A stretch of 41,025 nt of DNA from sequence record DRR378314_916; one strand, given 5' to 3'. The position numbers and the translations under genes are program-made. Below, piece after piece: positions 31,696 through 38,369 of this stretch (position 1 is its first letter; the number at the start of each line of letters is the position of its first letter). The notes beneath the pieces are model-generated. The model did not search any database. It had not been told where the DNA came from and saw only the letters and a list, made by a program, of their open reading frames with translations.

Positions 31696-32238
31696 TCAGG
31701 CTGGCGCCTTCGCTGTAACGGCTTCTGCAGCCAAAACGCGCGCCACGGCATTTACCACCGCGCCGATACGGATGCCTGCCTGCACCTGTTCCGCCGACAG
31801 GCCATGCTTGCGCAACTCGGCCTCATGCGCGTCGAGACACATGCCACAACCATTCACGGCCGACACGCCCAGCGAATAGAGCTCGAAGTCTGCCTTCTCG
31901 ATGCCCGGCGCGCCGATCACATTCATCCGCAGCTTGGCTGGCAGGGTTTTGTAGGTCGGTGCGCTGATCAGGTGGATCGAGCGGTAATAGACATTGTTCA
32001 TGCCCATGATGGCGCTGGCCGCCTTGGCTGCCTTGATCGCCTCGGGGCTCAGCTTCTCTTCCGCTTCGGCCTGCAGCGCGGTCAGCGTCTGCGGCTCGCC
32101 CACGGCATGGGCGCAGGCCAGGAAGCAGCCATATTTCTGTTGGTCGCTCAGCAGTTGCTCGTTCATCAACGAACCGAGATTGAGCTTAAGGTCCTTCGCA
32201 TAGTCAGGCAGCGAAGATTTCAGGGACTCGATAGACAT
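31696..32238 (-). CDS. ahpD: Alkyl hydroperoxide reductase AhpD
   Basis: [33 protein letters not shown]. Confidence 0.95.
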   Translation of the reverse strand: MSIESLKSSLPDYAKDLKLNLGSLMNEQLLSDQQKYGCFLACAHAVGEPQTLTALQAEAEEKLSPEAIKAAKAASAIMGMNNVYYRSIHLISAPTYKTLPAKLRMNVIGAPGIEKADFELYSLGVSAVNGCGMCLDAHEAELRKHGLSAEQVQAGIRIGAVVNAVARVLAAEAVTAKAPA

Positions 32239-32277
32239 GAATCCTCATCCTTCCGGGATCAGTAATTAGATTTCGAT

Positions 32278-32448
32278 GTGACGGGAGCGAAGTGGCCCGA
32301 CAAGCCTGTAAGGCTGGGTGGGAGGGGAGTGCCAACGTCCGTGGAACTGGGTGGACGATGGGCCTGCCGGGCCATGCGTCACGCTGATGGGAAGACGCTC
32401 CTAGGGGTGGGGGAGGGAGAGGAGCATCTTCCCGGGAGTATCAGCGTG
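32278..32448 (-). ncRNA. Candidate structured RNA element with C-rich loops in the ahpC-ahpD spacer
   Basis: Two 14-bp stems plus 9-, 6- and 5-bp stems; mismatches in the long stems are A.C on plus, i.e. G.U on minus; predicted unpaired segments carry CUCCC. Confidence 0.55.
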
Positions 32449-32467
32449 CGCTCAATATATGCGCGAA

Positions 32468-33028
32468 CTAGGCAGCTGGTTCCAAAGTTTCTCCGCCGAC
32501 CGGGCGGTTACATGGGCACAGCTCGTCAGTTTGCAGGGCGTCAAGCACGCGAAGCGTGTCTGCCGGGCTGCGGCCAACGTTCAGATTGGTGACGTAGACG
32601 TGCTGGATGACGTTGTGTGGGTCGACAACGAAGGTCGCACGATAGGCAACGCCTTCAGACGGCTCGCGCACGCCAAGACCGTCAACCAGCTCGCCGCGCG
32701 TATCAGCGAATTGCCAGATTGGCAGTTCTGCGAGGTCTGCGTGGTCGCGGCGCCATGCCAACTTCACGAACTCGTTGTCAGTCGAACCGCCGAGCACAAC
32801 CGCGTCGCGGTCTTCGAAGTCGCCAGCCAGACGGGCGAATTCAGCAATTTCAGTCGGGCAGACGAAGGTGAAGTCTTTCGGGTAGAAGAAGATGACCTTC
32901 CACTTGCCTTCAAAGGAATCCTGCGTGATCGGCTCGAACGCGCTCTCGCCGTTCTGCTCATGCTGCATGAATTTCGGCTTTACGCCGGTGACAGTGAACT
33001 CGGGAAGCTTTTCGCCAATGCCAAGCAT
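32468..33028 (-). CDS. ahpC: Peroxiredoxin AhpC
   Basis: FYPKDFTFVCPTE and C-terminal LCPCN; AGGAG RBS before ATG 33028. Confidence 0.96.
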   Translation of the reverse strand: MLGIGEKLPEFTVTGVKPKFMQHEQNGESAFEPITQDSFEGKWKVIFFYPKDFTFVCPTEIAEFARLAGDFEDRDAVVLGGSTDNEFVKLAWRRDHADLAELPIWQFADTRGELVDGLGVREPSEGVAYRATFVVDPHNVIQHVYVTNLNVGRSPADTLRVLDALQTDELCPCNRPVGGETLEPAA

Positions 33029-33112
33029 AGTGATTCTCCTGGGTAAGATTTTTTGCTGCCGGGACGGTGGGCCCGGTTGCGCTGCCTTTACGCAGATGCG
33101 GCAAAAAGAAAA

Positions 33113-33149
33113 ATTGATAATTTCCATTCCCGGTATAGATGGAATCTAT
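33113..33149. promoter_or_regulatory. OxyR binding site
   Basis: ATTG-N7-CCAT-N7-ATAG-N7-CTAT versus consensus ATAG-N7-CTAT-N7-ATAG-N7-CTAT; lies between divergent ahpC and oxyR. Confidence 0.85.
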
Positions 33150-34047
33150 GATTATACCCACACTCCGCCAACTGCAGTATCTAGTGGCCCTTGGAGAGAC
33201 CGGATCTTTCTCCAGAGCCGCTGAAGCGTGCCATGTGACGCAGCCTACCCTGTCGGCTGGCATCAAGGAATTGGAAGACCTGCTCGGCGTGAAACTGGCC
33301 GAACGCGAACCTCGCGGCGCGAAGCTGACCCATGCAGGTGAACTCGCCGTTTCACGCGCCAATGCTCTGATCAATGACGCGCATTCCCTCGTGCAATCCG
33401 TTCAGAGCGCTGGCGCCTTGCTGACAGGCCCCTTCCATCTCGGCGCCATCCCGACGATTGCGCCTTTCGTGCTGCCCGCAGCGGTGCGGGCCCTCAGCGA
33501 GCAATTCCCCGCCCTGAAATTGTACCTGCACGAAGAGAAGACCCCGCGCCTGATCGACCAATTGCGGACCCGCACGCTGGATGCGGCCCTGATCGCCCTG
33601 CCTTGGGACGTGCCGGGAATCGAAATGCTGCCGCTATTCGACGATGAGTTCCTGTTTGCCGCGCCCGCATCTCACCCTTTGGCACACAAGAATGCATTGT
33701 CGCCTGAAGACCTGTCTGGCGAGAACATGCTGCTGCTGGAAGACGGGCACTGTCTGCGCGACCATGCGCTATCCATCTGCCGCATGAAGACGGGCAACTC
33801 GACCGAACAGGTTGCGGCAACGTCGCTCGGCACCCTCGTCAACATGATTGCGGGCGGCCTCGGCGTATCATTGCTGCCAAAGCTGGCGACCGACAATGGC
33901 CTGAATATCGGGCCAGACGTGGCGCTCAGGGAATTCGTGAACCCTGTTGTTGGACGACAGATCGGCATCGCCTGGCGCACCGGCAGTCCCCGAGAGGCCG
34001 ACGCCCGGAAGATCGGCGAAATCGTGAAAGCCGCCACGCACCATTAG
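33148..34047 (+). CDS. oxyR: Hydrogen peroxide-inducible activator OxyR (LysR family)
   Basis: LysR HTH (TLRQLQYL...VTQPTLS), EDGHCLRDHALSIC with both redox cysteines, ATSLGTL; start 33148 or 33139. Confidence 0.95.
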   Translation: MIIPTLRQLQYLVALGETGSFSRAAEACHVTQPTLSAGIKELEDLLGVKLAEREPRGAKLTHAGELAVSRANALINDAHSLVQSVQSAGALLTGPFHLGAIPTIAPFVLPAAVRALSEQFPALKLYLHEEKTPRLIDQLRTRTLDAALIALPWDVPGIEMLPLFDDEFLFAAPASHPLAHKNALSPEDLSGENMLLLEDGHCLRDHALSICRMKTGNSTEQVAATSLGTLVNMIAGGLGVSLLPKLATDNGLNIGPDVALREFVNPVVGRQIGIAWRTGSPREADARKIGEIVKAATHH

Positions 34048-34080
34048 TCCCCTGCCCCAGTTTTCGTCACGGCGTAAGGA

Positions 34081-34126
34081 TTGACGCCTCCTGGCACGGG
34101 GGCTATTAAATAACGCGTTATATAAC
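34081..34126 (+). promoter_or_regulatory. sigma70 promoter plus palindromic operator of the MarR-GNAT gene
   Basis: TTGACG-17 nt-TATTAA, followed by overlapping palindromes ATAACGCGTTAT (34110-34121) and GTTATATAAC (34117-34126). Confidence 0.7.
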
Positions 34127-34135
34127 AGATTATGG

Positions 34136-35116
34136 ATGGGCTCGATGTCGCAAGATATTCTGGAACAGGTTGGCTATCTGGGGCTGGCCAGCCGATTGAA
34201 ACGCCTCGCCGACCGGCTACAGGCCGAAGCGGTCAGCGTGTTCGACAATCGCGCCTATCCGATCCAGACCACGCATTTTCCCCTGATCGCCGCACTGGAG
34301 GCGAGCGGGCCGCTCAGCGTGTCCGCCGCAGTGGAGGCGACCGGCGTCAGCCAGCCCGCCATCACGCGCATTCACAATGCCCTGCAGGGCATGGGCCTGA
34401 CCGATACGCGAGCCGTTGAGGGCGACAATCGCCAGAAGGAAATATTCCTTACACCCGCTGGTCAGGCGCTCGTCGCCGAAATGCGCGCCAGCTTCTGGCC
34501 CGCCGTACGCGACGCCGCGCAGCAGCTCTGCGCGTTTCCGGACCATGACTTGCTTGCCGAAATCAGCCTCGTGGAATCGCGCCTTGCCGAGCATCCGCTC
34601 TCTGCCCGGATCGAGCATGTCGCCAACCCCGCTGGGCTGGAAATCCTAGAGTTCACGGATGACCTCGCCCCGCATTTCGACCGCATCTCGCGCGAATGGG
34701 TGGAAGAGATGTTCCGGCTGGAGGCCGAAGACATCGCCATGATCGAAAATCCGCGCGCGAAAGTGATCGACAAGGGCGGTACCATTCTCTTTGTCCGCGA
34801 CCCGGAGTTGGGCATCATTGGTACGTGCGCCTTGATGCCTATGGAAGATGGCGGCGTGGAGCTGACCAAGATGGGCGTCCTGAGTTCCGCGCGGGGGCGC
34901 CGCGCCGGAGACTTCCTGATGCGCCAGATCCTGAAACGCGCCCGCGAAATGAAGGTGCAGGACATGTTCCTGCTGACCAATTCAAAATGCGATGCGGCCA
35001 TCCGCCTGTATGAGAAGTACGGCTTTCGGCATGACGCGGAAATCATGCGCCGCTATGGCCACCGCTATGAACGCTGCGATGTGACCATGTCCTATGCGAT
35101 GCCAACCCCCACCTAA
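34136..35116 (+). CDS. MarR-type HTH regulator fused to a GNAT N-acetyltransferase
   Basis: LASRLKRL, GVSQPAIT, DNRQ..LTPAG (MarR); ELTKMGV, ARGRRAG, AIRLYEKYGF (GNAT). Confidence 0.88.
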   Translation: MGSMSQDILEQVGYLGLASRLKRLADRLQAEAVSVFDNRAYPIQTTHFPLIAALEASGPLSVSAAVEATGVSQPAITRIHNALQGMGLTDTRAVEGDNRQKEIFLTPAGQALVAEMRASFWPAVRDAAQQLCAFPDHDLLAEISLVESRLAEHPLSARIEHVANPAGLEILEFTDDLAPHFDRISREWVEEMFRLEAEDIAMIENPRAKVIDKGGTILFVRDPELGIIGTCALMPMEDGGVELTKMGVLSSARGRRAGDFLMRQILKRAREMKVQDMFLLTNSKCDAAIRLYEKYGFRHDAEIMRRYGHRYERCDVTMSYAMPTPT

Positions 35117-35143
35117 AAAGCCCCGCCGATGTGGCGAGGCTTT
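35116..35143. terminator. Probable bidirectional terminator between convergent genes
   Basis: AAAAGCCCCGCC-gatgt-GGCGAGGCTTT. Confidence 0.6.
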
Positions 35144-35182
35144 CCGTCCGGTCTTGGCCGGAAACTCCCTTTGCACCTTGGC

Positions 35183-36643
35183 CTAGCTTGCCTTGCGCTC
35201 GTCCCGCACGTCGAGATCATACTCACGCACCTTGCGGTAAAGCGTTGAGCGCCCGATGCCCAGGCGACGTGACACCTCGCTCATATGCCCCTCATAGAAA
35301 TCAATCGCATACTGAAGGATATCGCGCTCAATATCATTCAATGCACGAATCTCTCCGACCTCATCCTGAATGGCGACCGGACCATTACCGCCGGTCTGGG
35401 GCACCGTATCGGCAGCCGTTGGCATGACGCCGGCAGGCGTTTGCGGCAACATGGACACATCCGGCATCTGGCCGGAGATCTGCGGGAAATCCTGCGGGCG
35501 CAGCTGATCGCCATCACACAGCACCACTGCACGGAAGACTGCATTTTCCAGCTGGCGGACGTTACCCGGCCAGTCATAGGCGTACAGCATCTTCATCGTG
35601 TCGTCGGCAACGCCGGACACTTTTGCGCCTTCGCTGGCATTGAAGCGGCTGACGAAATGATCGACCAGCGCCGGAATGTCATCGCGCCGTTCGCGCAGCG
35701 CCGGCATGTCGATCGGATACACGTTGAGGCGATAGAACAGGTCTTCGCGGAATGTGCCTTCGGACACTTGCTGCGACAGATCTCGGTTCGTGGCCGAGAT
35801 GATCCGCACATCCACCTTGGTCGGGCGGCGGGAGCCAACAGCGTCCACCTCCCCTTCCTGCAGGGCACGGAGCAGTTTGACCTGCGCATCCAGCGGCAGC
35901 TCCCCGACTTCGTCCAGGAACAGCGTGCCGCCATCTGCCTCAACAAACTTGCCGAGCGACTTTGATACAGCCCCGGTAAAGGCCCCCTTCTCATGGCCGA
36001 ACAGGATCGACTCAACCAGATTTTCCGGAATGGCGCCGCAGTTCACCGTCACGAAAGGCTTTCCGGCCCGGCCGGACGCGCCCTGGATACAGCGGGCAAC
36101 GACTTCCTTACCCACACCGCTTTCCCCCAGGATCAGGACCGGAATCTCAGAGCTCGCTGCGCGTTCAGCCAGGCGAACCACCTGACGCATCGGCGCCGCG
36201 CTGGCGATCATGTCGTCGAAGCTCATGCCGCCTTCCGCCTTGCGGGACAGGCGCTTGACCTCCCCCGACAAGGTTTGCAGCTTCAGCGCATTCTGGATCG
36301 AGACAACGACGCGTTCGGGGTTGGCGGGCTTCACGATGAAATCGACCGCACCGCGACGCATGGATTGGACAATCGTGTCGATCCCGCTCGTGGCGGTCAG
36401 CATGATCACCGGCAGGTCCGACCGTTTGGCTGAAAGACGCTCCAGCGTGTCCATGCCCGACAGGCCCGGCATGGTCAGGTCCAGCAGGACCACATCAATG
36501 CCGTCCTTCGGATCCGACGCGAGCGCAAGCCCCGCCTCACCGTCCGGAGCCGTGCGACACGCGAAGCCGGCCTTTTCAACTGCTGCTTGCAAAAGCCGCC
36601 GCTGGGTTGGATCGTCATCAATTACCAAAACCGTCTTTGCCAT
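35183..36643 (-). CDS. tacA: sigma-54-dependent response regulator, TacA-like
   Basis: Receiver (VIDDDPTQRRL, LLDL), GESGVGKE, GAFTGA, WPGNVRQLEN, Fis HTH MSEVSRRLGIGRSTLYRK; DDDPTQRR N-terminus resembles Caulobacter TacA. Confidence 0.8.
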   Translation of the reverse strand: MAKTVLVIDDDPTQRRLLQAAVEKAGFACRTAPDGEAGLALASDPKDGIDVVLLDLTMPGLSGMDTLERLSAKRSDLPVIMLTATSGIDTIVQSMRRGAVDFIVKPANPERVVVSIQNALKLQTLSGEVKRLSRKAEGGMSFDDMIASAAPMRQVVRLAERAASSEIPVLILGESGVGKEVVARCIQGASGRAGKPFVTVNCGAIPENLVESILFGHEKGAFTGAVSKSLGKFVEADGGTLFLDEVGELPLDAQVKLLRALQEGEVDAVGSRRPTKVDVRIISATNRDLSQQVSEGTFREDLFYRLNVYPIDMPALRERRDDIPALVDHFVSRFNASEGAKVSGVADDTMKMLYAYDWPGNVRQLENAVFRAVVLCDGDQLRPQDFPQISGQMPDVSMLPQTPAGVMPTAADTVPQTGGNGPVAIQDEVGEIRALNDIERDILQYAIDFYEGHMSEVSRRLGIGRSTLYRKVREYDLDVRDERKAS

Positions 36644-37186
36644 AGCAAATACTACCCTTCCATGCCCCCGTCCCGACCTGTTCGTCGGTCCGTGAAATTC
36701 ACTGTCTGACACAAAGCGGAACAGGTTCGTCCCGTATCGTTACGCCCCGTTCTGACACAATGAGGTGGAAGTCCCGTTGAATGGATCGGTCAAATTTGAT
36801 GCAAAATTTTCCAGCCCCGGGCATATGGAACATCATTCACGCTTTGTGTCCGAACGTTTCAACTCGCGTGTTAGGGGAACCTCCACTTTAACCGTCCCCT
36901 GACAGTTGAATCGCAATTCTGGAAAGTACGTGTTCTGTAGTAACCAAAACAGAACACAAAGCTTACCGAGTCTGAACCTCGAGGCCCCTCGCGCGACCGC
37001 ATGCGCGCCAGTGCGTTTGCAACGAGAGACCGCCTTCAGCCGCCGAACATAACAATTGCGAGAGCCGGAAAAAAAATCCGCAAACCCGCATCGACAAAGC
37101 TTTGAAAACTTTCTAGTCAGCTGAGCTTCATCTGGCGTAGGGTATCCCTTTGGGGGAGCGCAAGAAACTCGGGGAAGAGACTCATC

Positions 37187-37369
37187 CTGACGAAGAGAAA
37201 TCGCCACTTCGATAGTGATGGCACGGGCCGTTCGCGCTCGGACGAGATTCTGCGCGAAGCGCTGAGAAAATCCTTTGAAGACAGCCTGAAAGCCCCGCCA
37301 TCACAGCGTTTGGAAGATCTCATGCGGGAATTGCGCAAGAAGGAAAAGGCCAAGAAAGACGGCGCATAA
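37187..37369 (+). CDS. Small NepR-like anti-sigma factor, not in the ORF track; probable CTG start
   Basis: Own translation: LTKRNRHFDSDGTGRSRSDEILREALRKSFEDSLKAPPSQRLEDLMRELRKKEKAKKDGA*; LRxxFxxxxxxPxxxRLxDLxxxL pattern; purine-rich GGGGAAGAGA ends 6 nt upstream. Confidence 0.6.
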   Translation: MTKRNRHFDSDGTGRSRSDEILREALRKSFEDSLKAPPSQRLEDLMRELRKKEKAKKDGA

Positions 37370-37405
37370 GCGCCGCCTCGCAGGGCGTGGCCCTCGCCTG
37401 TCCTG

Positions 37406-37763
37406 CTACAGGTCTTCCGGCTGTTGCCGCACCACTCCGGCCAGCAACGCCGGCGACAGGGGGCGGCGAAACTTCACGCCCACCACCTCATCCTGACGCA
37501 AGTGCTGAACGCACTCGACGCGGAAACTTGCATCGCCCGGCGTGGTTTTCACAAGCAGGTAAAACGTGTCGGGAAGGTTGCCCCACCCCCCCGACTTGCA
37601 GCCACGCGCCCTTTGCGCAGATATCGCGCACCTGCACGCTGCGGGCCTGTGTGTAGTCGTCCAGAACGATCCAGGCGGATACGTTATCCTGCACAACATC
37701 ATTGTGTGGCAATTCAGGAAGGCCCCGACCGAAGTCAGGGTTGAAATTTGCGAAGTCGGTCAT
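37406..37763 (-). pseudogene. PilZ-like domain gene split by a frameshift in a G7 tract
   Basis: Frame A ...VQVRDICAKGAWLQVGG joins frame B WGNLPDTFYLL...ECVQHLRQDEVVGVKF if one G is removed at 37586-37592. Confidence 0.7.
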
Positions 37764-37829
37764 CAGGGTCCAACGCTTGACGTTATAGTGGTTTCCAGCC
37801 CTTAACGAATTTGTACAGGGCATAGTTAC

Positions 37830-38267
37830 TTATGCAAGCTTTAGCCCACGCAGAACTGCGCCCTGATCAAAATAGGGTCTTTCGCAAATTATCTTGTCGC
37901 TGCCAGGGGCGAACTCGAACGAGGCCGCCATCCGCACCCTGAAGTTGTGCCCGGTTGGCGGGATCACCCGGTCCCCCACCCTCAATGGGCCGGTATGCGT
38001 GCCGGTTAACCAGAATTCGACCAACACCGTGTCGGCCGCCTCATCGGCGGCAATCGAGATGATTTCATTGTCCTGGTCCGGGAAGGGCGTGCGCGACAGC
38101 TCGAAATAGCGACGCACGGCATCCGCCCCGTCAAACACCTGCCCGCCCCCATGCATCTCATATCGCGGATGCTCAAACGTCGCGATCACCGCATCCCAAT
38201 CATGCGTGACCTCCAACGCCATATGACGACGGACAGTCTCGATACGGGCGTTGGTAAGCGGTGTCAT
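37830..38267 (-). CDS. SnoaL-like ester cyclase / NTF2-fold protein
   Basis: HDWDAVIATF, FPDQ, EFWLTGTHTG, PPTG, ERPYFD. Confidence 0.85.
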   Translation of the reverse strand: MTPLTNARIETVRRHMALEVTHDWDAVIATFEHPRYEMHGGGQVFDGADAVRRYFELSRTPFPDQDNEIISIAADEAADTVLVEFWLTGTHTGPLRVGDRVIPPTGHNFRVRMAASFEFAPGSDKIICERPYFDQGAVLRGLKLA

Positions 38268-38369
38268 GTCAGGCGGTCTCCTGCATCAAACGTTACTTTT
38301 TAGTTAACATTGACTTTCCTACCAAGCGCATTTGACTTATCAACCTAAGAGCGGTGAGGAAGAAAAGCT

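Noticed and set aside
32278-32592. 104-aa plus-strand ORF over the ahpC-ahpD spacer; G-quadruplex reading of the G-runs
   Set aside because: ORF has no motif and overlaps ahpC antisense; the G.U bias favours folding of the C-rich minus-strand RNA
36718-36741. GGAAC...CGTT resembling an EcfG promoter
   Set aside because: Spacer is 15 nt rather than 16-17, and it is about 450 nt from the NepR-like ORF
36777-36793. Possible CtrA box upstream of tacA (TTGA...TCAA)
   Set aside because: Half-sites are spaced by 9 nt, not 7, with two mismatches
36825-37207. 25-aa plus ORF (36825-36902) and 124-aa minus ORF (36833-37207) in the tacA spacer
   Set aside because: No RBS or recognisable motif; the region looks regulatory
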